Part shown: positions 8,501 through 15,730 of the stretch, in pieces
Position numbering within the stretch: position 1 is the first letter of the stretch
Layout: every line of letters begins with the position of its first letter
DNA from: Oscillospiraceae bacterium
GTDB taxonomy: Bacteria; Bacillota; Clostridia; Oscillospirales; Ruminococcaceae
Assembly (NCBI GenBank): GCA_045541055.1
Contig: JAZQIL010000183.1
Span: 4,878 to 68,877, forward strand
Direction: 5' to 3'
Length of the DNA: 64,000 bases
Notes under the pieces: generated by a model
Databases searched by the model: none
Seen by the model: the letters and a program-made list of their open reading frames with translations, nothing else
Told to the model about the DNA's origin: nothing
Translations under genes and position numbers: made by a program

Positions 8501-11500
8501 TAAACAGACAAGTCTGCAAAGGTCAGGTCATACTTGCCAGGTTCCATCGGAGCTGTGAAGGTTACATCAAATACAGTTGCACCGTCTTTAGAAAGAGCAA
8601 CATTTTCTTTCACAGTTGTATTTGTACCGCCAAATGTCATGTTGTCAAGATTGGATACAAATTCCAGACCAGCATAAGCATCACCGTTTGCTGCTGCTGT
8701 ACCATTTGTCAGACCGGCAGCCAGACCCATCTTCATGATGTAGCTGTTAATACCGTTCTTGTCGCCCTTTACAGTAACAGGAATGGTGACAGTTGCACCA
8801 GGTTCTACGGTTGCTGTGCCAATAATCCACATACCAGCATCGCCGATTTCAATCGTTTCTGCTTCTGAAGTTTCTTCACTGGAAGGAGCGATAACTTCAA
8901 TCCAGCCGTTCTGCTTTTCAGGTGTCAGTGCAGACATGTTAATGTCATAAACAGACAGGTCATCAAATGTCAGGTCATACTTGCCCGGCTTTGTCGGTGC
9001 TGTGAAGGTTACATCAAATACAGTTGCGCCGTCTTTAGAAAGAGCAACATTTTCTTTCACAGTTGTGTTTGTACCGCCAAATGTCATGTTGTCAAGATTG
9101 GATACAAATTCCAGGCCAGCATAAGCATCGCCATTTGCTGCGGCTGTGCCGTTTGTCAAACCAGCTGCCAGACCCATCTTCATGATGTAGCTGTTAATAC
9201 CGTTCTTGTCGCCTTCTACAGTAACAGGAATGGTGACAGTTGCACCAGGTTCTACAGTTGCTGTACCGATAATCCACTTGCCAGCATCACCAACTTCAAC
9301 TGGAATTGACTCAGTTGTATCATCTACAACTTCAATCCAGCCGTTCTGCTGTTCAGGTGTCAGTGCAGACATGTTAATGTCATAAACAGACAAGTCATCA
9401 AATGTTAAGTCATACTTGCCCGGCTTTGTCGGTGCTGTAAATGTAACATCAAATACAGTTGCGCCGTCCTTGGAAAGGGCAACATTTTCTTTCACAGTTG
9501 TATTTGTACCGCCAAATGTCATGTTGTCAAGATTGGATACAAATTCCAGACCAGCATATGCATTGCCATTTGCTGCGGCTGTACCGTTTGTCAGACCAGC
9601 TGCCAGACCCATCTTCATGATGTAGCTGTTAATACCGTTCTTGTCGCCTTCTACAGTAACAGGAATGGTGACAGTTTCACCCGGTTTTACAGTTGCTGTA
9701 CCGATAATCCACTTGCCGGCACTTTCTGTAGTCGGAGTTTCATCTACAACTTCAATCCAACCATTTTCCTTTTCAGGAGTCAGTTCAGACATGTTAATGT
9801 CATAAACAGACAGGTCATCAAATGTTAAATCATACTTGCCAGGTGCTGTCGGTGCTGTAAATGTAACATCAAATACAGTTGCGCCGTCCTTGGAAAGTGC
9901 AATATTTTCCTTCACGCTGAAGTTTGTACCACCAAATGTCATGTTGTCAACATTGGAAGTAAAGTCAACAGAAGCATACGCATCTCCGCCGGAAGCAGCA
10001 GTTGCATTTGTCAGTCCTTCTGCTAAGCCCATCTTCATGATGTAGCTGTTAATACCGTTCTTATCCCCTTCTACAGTAACAGGAATGGTAACAGTTGCAC
10101 CGGGTTTCACGGTCTTTTTACCGATAATCCACTTACCAGCATCACCGACTTCAGGCTTATTTTTCACCTGAATCCAGCCATCTTCCTTGGAAGGAATCAG
10201 CTGATTCATATCAATGTCTTCGAGGTCAATATCTGCAAACTTCAGGTTATACTTTGTACCTGGTGCAGCATCGGACGGAACTTCAAATTCCATATAGAAT
10301 ACATCGCCGTCAGCAGCAACAATATTCTTCTTCTGGTCGGAATTTGTACCGCCAAATGTCAGATTATCTTTATTTGCCTGGAAGCTGAGTTCAGAATAAG
10401 CAGAGCCAGCAGTTGCACCAGTAGCTTTCGGACCAGCGTCCTGTGTAATCTTTACAAGGTAGCTGTTCAAACCGTCTTTATCGCCTTCAACAGATACCGG
10501 AACTTTTACAGTTTCGCCGGGTTCTGCTTCTACCTTGCCGATAACCCACTTTGCAGCAGTATCTTTCTGATTGTGAACGAATTCTTCGTCAACAACTTCA
10601 ATATAGCCATTTGTTGTCTTTGGAACAAGCTTGGTCATATCAATGTCATAAACAGAAAGGTCAGCAAATGTTAAATCATATTTGCCGGGAGCTGTCGGAG
10701 CTGTAAAGGTTACTTCAAATACAACTGCATCATCTGCTGCAACAATATTCTGTTTTTTGCTGTTATTTGTACCAGCAAAAGACATATTGTCAGTATTGGA
10801 TACAAAGGCTAAGTCAGCGTATGCACTGCCGGCAGCAGCAGCTGTGGCATTAGATAAGCCCTTTGCCAAGCCCATCTTCATGATATAGCTGTTAATGCCG
10901 TCTTTATCGCCCTTTACAGTAACAGGAATGGTAACAGTTTCGCCCGGTTTTACAGTCTTATTACCAATAATCCATTCAGCATCAATTTCTTTCTGCTGTT
11001 CTGTGAATTCAGTTGTTTTCTGAGTTTCGGTCTGCTTCTGAGTTTCGGTCTGCTTCTGGGTTTCAGTTGGCTTTTCTGTAGATTCGGTTGTCTGACCACC
11101 AGGAATTGTGATAGAACCAGCAGTTAAAGTAATGTCTTTATAAACATTCTTTTCATAGTCAGCGAACTTATAACCTGTAGAAGCAAATGTAATCTTATAA
11201 GTAGTGCCAGGGACAAATGTATCTATTGTTGTGCCTTCTTTTGGAATAAACTGAAGCTGAACAGCAGATGCACCATCAGCAGCTTTGTCATTGCCTTCGC
11301 CATTGAAAGAGATAGCAATGTCACCAGTTTCCAGATTCGGCTGAAGTGTACCAATCTTAGCATAACCGCCGCCGTCTACTACATCATAGAGTTCAAACGG
11401 ACAGCTTGGGTCAGAAATTTCCTTGCCATCAACTAAAATCTGGAACTGCGCACCATAGAGACCAGGGTCATTATTTACAAAAATATCAACATCAACTTCA

Positions 11501-12264
11501 TCTTTAGAAAGGTCTTTGGGAGTATATTCCACATCTGCAATATCCCATTCATAACCCTTGGAAGCGGCAGGTTCTGTTTTATCAGTTGTTTTCTGAGTTT
11601 CAGTTTGCTTCTGAGTTTCAGTCTGCTTCTGTGTTTCAGTCGGCTTTTCCGTAGATTCGGTTGTCTGACCACCAGGAATCGTGATAGAACCAGCTGTCAG
11701 AATAATATCTTTGTAAACATTCTTGTCATAGTCAGCGAACTTATAGCCTGTAGAAGCAAAGGTTACTTTATAAGTTGTACCCGGTACATAGTCTACACCT
11801 TCCTTAGGAATCAGCTGGAGCTGTACAGCAGCTGTACCATTTGCAGCCTTATCATTGCCTTCACCAGTGAAGGAGATAGCAACATCACCTGTGTCAAGGT
11901 TTGGCTGAAGTGTGCTAATTTTGGCATAACCGCCACCGTCTACTACATCATAGAGTTCAAACGGGCAGTCTGGGTCAGAAAAGTCCTTGCCGTCAATCAG
12001 AATTTTGAACTGTACGCCATAAGTACCAGGGTCGTTGTAAACGTTAATATCAAGGTCGACTTCGTCCTTAGCGATATCCACAGGTGTATATTCTACATCT
12101 GCGATGTCCCATTCGTAACCCTTGTCATGTGCAGAAGTGTCATTTGCAGCTGCAATCACTGTATCCACTGGTGTCAGGGCATTCAAAGCCGAAGCCGGAA
12201 GTACACCAGTCGCCATGGAAGCACACATGCACAACGCTGTCAATGCAGATAATATTTTCTTCAT
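5515..12264 (-). CDS. Giant cellulosomal scaffoldin (ScaB-like): signal peptide, 11 cohesin modules, X module, C-terminal dockerin
   Basis: 2249-aa ORF starting with signal peptide MKKILSALTALCMCASMATGVLPASA. Contains 2 modules starting GYEWDIADVEYTP, 8 modules starting W(I/V)IG...PG.TVT(I/V)PV and 1 divergent module starting TWEIGNKSTHAGTSVSVPI. The C-terminus has paired Ca-binding-like segments (NGVVNSKDAASVLVYAANFGAG ... ANDAGFMLVYAANQGAGN). Confidence 0.9.
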   Translation of the reverse strand: MKKILSALTALCMCASMATGVLPASALNALTPVDTVIAAANDTSAHDKGYEWDIADVEYTPVDIAKDEVDLDINVYNDPGTYGVQFKILIDGKDFSDPDCPFELYDVVDGGGYAKISTLQPNLDTGDVAISFTGEGNDKAANGTAAVQLQLIPKEGVDYVPGTTYKVTFASTGYKFADYDKNVYKDIILTAGSITIPGGQTTESTEKPTETQKQTETQKQTETQKTTDKTEPAASKGYEWDIADVEYTPKDLSKDEVDVDIFVNNDPGLYGAQFQILVDGKEISDPSCPFELYDVVDGGGYAKIGTLQPNLETGDIAISFNGEGNDKAADGASAVQLQFIPKEGTTIDTFVPGTTYKITFASTGYKFADYEKNVYKDITLTAGSITIPGGQTTESTEKPTETQKQTETQKQTETQKTTEFTEQQKEIDAEWIIGNKTVKPGETVTIPVTVKGDKDGINSYIMKMGLAKGLSNATAAAAGSAYADLAFVSNTDNMSFAGTNNSKKQNIVAADDAVVFEVTFTAPTAPGKYDLTFADLSVYDIDMTKLVPKTTNGYIEVVDEEFVHNQKDTAAKWVIGKVEAEPGETVKVPVSVEGDKDGLNSYLVKITQDAGPKATGATAGSAYSELSFQANKDNLTFGGTNSDQKKNIVAADGDVFYMEFEVPSDAAPGTKYNLKFADIDLEDIDMNQLIPSKEDGWIQVKNKPEVGDAGKWIIGKKTVKPGATVTIPVTVEGDKNGINSYIMKMGLAEGLTNATAASGGDAYASVDFTSNVDNMTFGGTNFSVKENIALSKDGATVFDVTFTAPTAPGKYDLTFDDLSVYDINMSELTPEKENGWIEVVDETPTTESAGKWIIGTATVKPGETVTIPVTVEGDKNGINSYIMKMGLAAGLTNGTAAANGNAYAGLEFVSNLDNMTFGGTNTTVKENVALSKDGATVFDVTFTAPTKPGKYDLTFDDLSVYDINMSALTPEQQNGWIEVVDDTTESIPVEVGDAGKWIIGTATVEPGATVTIPVTVEGDKNGINSYIMKMGLAAGLTNGTAAANGDAYAGLEFVSNLDNMTFGGTNTTVKENVALSKDGATVFDVTFTAPTKPGKYDLTFDDLSVYDINMSALTPEKQNGWIEVIAPSSEETSEAETIEIGDAGMWIIGTATVEPGATVTIPVTVKGDKNGINSYIMKMGLAAGLTNGTAAANGDAYAGLEFVSNLDNMTFGGTNTTVKENVALSKDGATVFDVTFTAPMEPGKYDLTFADLSVYDINMSELTPEKQNGWIEVIAPTSEATEESTEAPTETTERSTEKIADSTEVPTEKPTETTEKPTETTEKTSEQVLPSEVSDAGLWVIGTATVEPGATVTIPVTVIGDKNGINSYIMKMGLADGLTNGTAAANGDAYAGLEFVSNLDNMSFAGTNTTVKENIALSKDGATVFDVTFTAPMEPGKYDLTFADLSVYDINMSELTPEKQPGWIEVIAPTSEATEESTEAPTESTEAPTESTEAPAESTEKPTESTEAPTESTEESIEIGDAGMWIIGTATVEPGATVTIPVTVKGDKNGINSYIMKMGLAAGLTNGTAAANGDAYAGLEFVSNLDNMTFAATNTTVKENIALSKDGATVFDVTFTAPMEPGKYDLTFADLSVYDINMAELTPEKQPGWIEVIAPSSEEPSSEPVSESTEPSSEPVSESTEPSSEPASESTEPSSEPASESTEPSSEPASESTEPSSEPASESTEPSSEPVSESTEPSSEPASESTEPSSEPASESTEDTSETADQTNESIEPSVEPTQDSSETVPTESDTLPPVISDLTATWEIGNKSTHAGTSVSVPITITAEDLEALKLNSFKFDIDFQFGEEGPKYTGFTLGTSYKLMNITEGTENQFAGTLAGAADEEQAANNSILVYLNFDVPEGTAADVYKITFKEPGVNDTVEAIKVNDNKVAVTEVDGYIEVLAEDVVPTVVQYQYNIQGKKKFYFSHDNRPFDLKNDLIEVGTLKRREIYSDNTAENPHVSDWSTVNELVDFELVNKDLNNPKAVFENEFPEMVPDKYRDYIVANANSNKHDAYFKSTLKFVPVNADYANMENAPDWKFVNVDENGNVTEELADDAAAVTGTVYIGVKGDTTLNGVVNSKDAASVLVYAANFGAGNEAKILAEDITEEELKLSELEEAVNAKIVLEDFVYFLSDVNGESEDHGATSNGAVDAISETVNSPLRANDAGFMLVYAANQGAGNDPNWYDTLTSPLPKYTKEIGEFNGMTGKE
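5518..6420 (-). other. X module plus atypical dockerin with a long insert (approximate bounds)
   Basis: The region from VVQYQYNIQGKKKFYF to the C-terminus has two dockerin repeat segments separated by about 60 aa. This resembles the X-dockerin arrangement described for R. flavefaciens ScaB/CttA. Confidence 0.6.
6426..6875 (-). other. Eleventh, divergent cohesin-like module (approximate bounds)
   Basis: LTATWEIGNKSTHAGTSVSVPITI...NSFKFDIDFQF...FAGT...LVYLNFDVPEGTAADVYKITF...VDGYIEVL keeps the cohesin strand pattern. It is clearly unlike the other ten modules. Confidence 0.6.
7001..7290. repeat. 33-bp in-frame tandem repeat, about 9 copies, encoding the PSSEP(A/V)SESTE linker
   Basis: The unit ttctgtagattcagaagccggttcactggaagg recurs head to tail. 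The translation shows nine PSSEP[AV]SESTE units. Confidence 0.95.
7305..10985 (-). repeat. Array of eight B-type cohesin modules; the five nearest the C-terminus (about 7305-9715) are near-identical at the DNA level
   Basis: The landmark atgttaat(g/a)tcataaacagaca(g/a)gtc recurs near 7352, 7911, 8491, 8937, 9372 and 9792. Aligned by eye, the units differ by scattered substitutions only. Confidence 0.9.
11100..12130 (-). other. Two A-type cohesin modules separated by a TETQKQ-repeat linker (approximate bounds)
   Basis: Two copies of GYEWDIADVEYTP...DPG.YG.QF.IL(I/V)DGK...CPFELYDVVDGGGYAKI...GTTYK(V/I)TFASTGYKFADY.KNVYKDI.LTAGSITIPGG. The same module occurs once in the 641-aa protein. Confidence 0.7.
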
Positions 12265-12311
12265 TGCACGTATTTCCTTTCTGAAATATAAATTTTCAGG
12301 ACTTTAAAACC

Positions 12312-12338
12312 GTGTTCAGACGGAATCCGCCTGAACAC
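12312..12338 (-). terminator. Weak hairpin between the ScaA-like and ScaB-like genes (possible partial terminator or processing site)
   Basis: GTGTTCAG(12312-12319)/CTGAACAC(12331-12338). On the minus strand it is followed only by GGTTTTAAAG. Confidence 0.35.
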
Positions 12339-12372
12339 AGTTCGTAATTTTTGGAAAAATCCTGTAGGGTAA

Positions 12373-14298
12373 TTAAGCAGTCGGGAGGGAAGCAACCAGA
12401 CCAATCAGGTACTTCAGAATTTCAACGGAGTCAGCACCAGTCAGGTCAGCCTTCTTGGTATCAACAACGTCTTTGGTCTTATTACCAGCGCAGTTTGCAA
12501 CTTCCATCTGGTTTTCATTCAGAGTCTGGTTGTCATAACCTGTGAGATATCTGTTGAGCATAACGATATCAACGAGTTCAACCTTGCCGTTCTGGTTTAC
12601 GTCACCGTAGAGGAGGTCACCATCATCTCCTGATGCAGGAGCCTTGGTTTCTGTAGGTGTTTCCTTGGTTTCTGTAGGTGTTTCCTTAGTTTCAGTAGGT
12701 GTTTCCTTGGTTTCTGTAGGAGTTTCCTTAGTTTCTGTAGGTGTTTCCTTAGTTTCTGTAGGCTTGGTTTCTTCTGTAGCTTCTGTTGTATCTTCGCCGC
12801 CCGGAATCTTGATAGAACCAGCTGTCAGAACGATATCCTTGTAAACGTTCTTGTCATAGTCAGCGAACTTGTAGCCTTCTGTTGCAAATGTAACCTTGTA
12901 AGTAGTGCCAGGTACAAATGTTTCAGCTGTTACGCCTTCCTTCGGAATGAACTGTAACTGTACAGCAGCTGTACCATCAGCAGCCTTGTCATTGCCTTCA
13001 CCGTTGAAGGAAATAGCAATGTCACCAGTGTCGAGGTTCGGCTGAAGTGTACCAATCTTAGCATAACCGCCGCCGTCTACTACATCATAGAGTTCAAACG
13101 GGCAGCTCGGGTCAGAAATTTCCTTGCCATCAATCAGAACCTTGAACTGTACACCATAAGTACCAGGGTCATTGTAAACGTTGATATCAACGTCAACTTC
13201 GTCCTTGCTCATATCAACAGGTGTATATTCTACATCAGCGATATCCCATTCATAGCCCTTGTCATGGCTTGCTTCTGAAGGCTCTACCTTTTCAGTAGGA
13301 GTTTCCTTGGTTTCTGTAGGAGTTTCCTTGGTTTCTGTAGGTGTTTCCTTGGTTTCAGTAGGAGTTTCCTTGGTTTCTGTAGGTGTTTCCTTGGTTTCTG
13401 TAGGTGTTTCCTTGGTTTCTGTAGGAGTTTCTTTAGTTTCTGCCTGAGCATCGCCAACTACGATAGTGATACCAGACATGCTAGCAGGAACAACAACATC
13501 CTTTGTACCTACGTTTACGAAGGAAGAAGTAGTTTTGCCATACTGCTGATGGTCATAGGATTCAGCATAATCTACAGTGTAAACACCGTCTTTGATATCC
13601 TTGTCGAGTTCAATTGTAAATTCTGTTACAGGGAAATCATCGGACTTTGCACCGAGGAATGCAGCAGTATCCTTTGTTGCACCATCGCCCTTACCGGACA
13701 GATTGTACATCCAAATCCAGAGCAGTACTTCAGGACCTGTGTAAGTATCAGCCCATGCCCATTCAGAGCTGTGAACGTATGTGATAGAGCTTGTATTGTC
13801 AGCATATGTGCCTTTTCTTGAATCAACATAGCCAAATGCACTAACAAAGCGGTCTGCTGTAAAGTCACCGGATTTTGCAGTGTAAGTAGCTTCTGCATCA
13901 CCTGCTACAGCCTTGCTGAGGTTTGCACCACTCTGGCCGTCGCCACTGGGGTCATGCTGAATGTGAACGTTCTTGCCGTCAACTTCTACCAGACCGCCAA
14001 CGGACTGTACAGACGGGCTGGAAACATCTGCTACCATGTAAGCATCAATACCGATTTTTGCACCAGCTGCATCTGCTGCGCTTGCAAATGTGATGGTCTT
14101 GCCATCTTCGGAAACTGTGAACTTAGCATCCTGTGCCTTCTTTGTGATTGTGCCGGATACATCATAATAGGAATCCGGATTCACTCTCATAGTAAAAGCG
14201 ATATCGCTTGGACCATAAACAGCAAACGCAGACATTACGCTTGCAGACATACTTGCTACCATTGTGGCAGCTGTCAGTGCAGAAATTACCTTCTTCAT
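12373..14298 (-). CDS. Scaffoldin (ScaA-like): signal peptide, unassigned ~260-aa N-terminal domain, A-type cohesin, C-terminal dockerin
   Basis: Signal peptide MKKVISALTAATMVASMSASVMSAFA and two KETPTET-repeat linkers. The cohesin module is almost identical in sequence to the first two of the 2249-aa protein. Dockerin: GDVNQNGKVELVDIVMLNRYL...GADSVEILKYLIGLV. Confidence 0.88.
   Translation of the reverse strand: MKKVISALTAATMVASMSASVMSAFAVYGPSDIAFTMRVNPDSYYDVSGTITKKAQDAKFTVSEDGKTITFASAADAAGAKIGIDAYMVADVSSPSVQSVGGLVEVDGKNVHIQHDPSGDGQSGANLSKAVAGDAEATYTAKSGDFTADRFVSAFGYVDSRKGTYADNTSSITYVHSSEWAWADTYTGPEVLLWIWMYNLSGKGDGATKDTAAFLGAKSDDFPVTEFTIELDKDIKDGVYTVDYAESYDHQQYGKTTSSFVNVGTKDVVVPASMSGITIVVGDAQAETKETPTETKETPTETKETPTETKETPTETKETPTETKETPTETKETPTEKVEPSEASHDKGYEWDIADVEYTPVDMSKDEVDVDINVYNDPGTYGVQFKVLIDGKEISDPSCPFELYDVVDGGGYAKIGTLQPNLDTGDIAISFNGEGNDKAADGTAAVQLQFIPKEGVTAETFVPGTTYKVTFATEGYKFADYDKNVYKDIVLTAGSIKIPGGEDTTEATEETKPTETKETPTETKETPTETKETPTETKETPTETKETPTETKAPASGDDGDLLYGDVNQNGKVELVDIVMLNRYLTGYDNQTLNENQMEVANCAGNKTKDVVDTKKADLTGADSVEILKYLIGLVASLPTA
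12645..12775. repeat. 21-bp in-frame tandem repeat (about 6 copies) encoding the KETPTET linker
   Basis: The unit ggtttctgtaggtgtttcctt repeats head to tail. Confidence 0.9.
13294..13440. repeat. 21-bp in-frame tandem repeat (7-8 copies) encoding a second KETPTET linker
   Basis: The unit gtaggagtttccttggtttct repeats head to tail. It is the same repeat family as 12645-12775. Confidence 0.9.
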
Positions 14299-14417
14299 AA
14301 CTAATTAATTCCTTTCTGTTTTAGTGGTCAGACGTTTGTCGCCGTCTGCCAGATAAATAATTTTTTTCCTAAGATGTCTCAACAAAAGATGTCAGAATTG
14401 GCGGACATTTTTTAAAA

Positions 14418-15257
14418 TCAAAGGTCAGCTTCTGTAATCATGCCAACAATCAGTTTCAGAACAGACATAGATTCGCTGGAATCCGGCTTGCTGTTGCCAT
14501 TGAAGTCAATGTTCTTGAGACCTTGTTCAGTCAGATTTTCCTTACCCATGATTGCCTTATTGATACTGATAACGTCAAGAATATCTACTTCACCGTTGCA
14601 GTCAGCATCACCTTTCTTACCTGTAGCAGGAGCTACATCTGTAGGCTTCTGTTCGGTAGTATCTTCAGCCTTACCAACAACAACTGCGCCGTTTGTAGAC
14701 TTTACAGCATAACCTGTAATTGTGCCGTCAGCACTCATTGTACCGATGTTGATATCGCTGTTTGCTTTGCCTGAACCGTCATAGGTTTCACGGCTGATAG
14801 CCTGGAACTTAATGTCGTAAGTACCATCTTTTGTGCCGTCTTTTACTTTACCGTTCAGTGTCAGGAACACACCGTCTTTTGTTACCCAGTAAGTGCTGTC
14901 ATCTAATGCAACACCATAAGTAACAGTAACAGTACCGTCTACGGAATAGTCAGCATCAAAAACGGTAACACCTTCAAAGCCTTCTTTTGCAGAAGCACCA
15001 GTATTTACGATTGCACCAGCTTCTGCACCAGTAATTGCAATTGCAGCAGAATCATAGGTCAGTTCAAATTCAACAGCATTCACACCAGCAGCAGGAACAC
15101 CGCTCAAACTAATTGCCATTGTAAAATCAGAGCCCGCAGTTGCTTTCACCTTTTCTCCGCTTACGGTAACAGTGTCAGCAGCAAAAACATTTTGTGCTGC
15201 GATGGTGGTCAACATGGAAACGGCAGCCAAAGCGGCAGCGATTTTCCTTACTCTCAT
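14418..15257 (-). CDS. Adaptor scaffoldin (ScaC-like): signal peptide, one cohesin, one dockerin
   Basis: MRVRKIAAALAAVSMLTTIAAQNVFA, then the cohesin pattern (VKATAGSDFTMAISLSGVPAAGVNAVEFELTYDSAAIAI...GTYDIKFQ). Dockerin: GDADCNGEVDILDVISINKAIMGKENL...FNGNSKPDSSESMSVLKLIVGMI. Start set at the ATG at 15257, preceded by GAAGGAGG. The ORF-track start at 15410 lies inside the predicted promoter. Confidence 0.88.
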   Translation of the reverse strand: MRVRKIAAALAAVSMLTTIAAQNVFAADTVTVSGEKVKATAGSDFTMAISLSGVPAAGVNAVEFELTYDSAAIAITGAEAGAIVNTGASAKEGFEGVTVFDADYSVDGTVTVTYGVALDDSTYWVTKDGVFLTLNGKVKDGTKDGTYDIKFQAISRETYDGSGKANSDINIGTMSADGTITGYAVKSTNGAVVVGKAEDTTEQKPTDVAPATGKKGDADCNGEVDILDVISINKAIMGKENLTEQGLKNIDFNGNSKPDSSESMSVLKLIVGMITEADL

Positions 15258-15381
15258 AATTGTCTTTCCTCCTTCATTTGTTTGGAAACATAAAATTAAA
15301 TCATACGTGTATATAACGGGTGGAAGAACTTCCTTCCCTATTATATTCTGTGACAGGACTGCCCCACATCTACTTATTGTT

Positions 15382-15410
15382 ATTATAGGACAAAATATCA
15401 CATAAGTCAA
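15382..15410 (-). promoter_or_regulatory. Sigma-A-type promoter of the scaffoldin locus
   Basis: On the minus strand, TTGACT (15410-15405), 17-nt spacer, TATAAT (15387-15382). This implies a 5' UTR of about 120 nt. Confidence 0.6.
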
Positions 15411-15730
15411 GAGAATTTCCTACATTTTGTACAAACTTCCAAAAACTTAATACAGCCTTTGTGCATTATGCCGAAACTCATGAATGGCATTTCAGGAAAT
15501 GGAAAAATTTTACCCATCTCAAACATCATATAAAACGTTTTCTGACATTTTGCGGAACATTTTCTCCTGCAATTATTATTATACACTATAATTTTAAAAA
15601 AGTAAATAGTTTTTTCGTTATTTTTTTAAAATCATTGTTTTATACAAATTTCAAGTCAGTAATTCTAAATTTCTCACAAAGGCTGGGATTTTTTAAGGTT
15701 TTTTCAACCTTTTTTCAAGAAAAGAGCTGT

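Noticed and set aside
6758-8950. Multiple long ORFs antisense or out of frame inside the giant scaffoldin gene (for example 6758-7366, 6832-7575, 6939-7316, 7622-7924, 8207-8503, 8284-8868, 8759-8950).
   Set aside because: They lie entirely within the repeat-rich linker and cohesin coding sequence. They translate to low-complexity repeats (SVDSE, RFRSRF, LQNLP) and have no RBS. They exist only because periodic sequence lacks stops in several frames.
14418-15410. The ORF-track version of the ScaC-like gene, which starts at 15410 (MTYVIFCPII...).
   Set aside because: The extra 51 codons overlap the predicted -35/-10 promoter, lack an RBS and precede a canonical signal peptide that begins at the ATG at 15257 with GAAGGAGG upstream.
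15680-15725. The AAGGTT-N5-AACCTT hairpin downstream of the CapA gene as a possible terminator.
   Set aside because: The T-run follows the hairpin on the plus strand only, and the gene it would need to terminate is on the minus strand. The stem is short and AT-rich.
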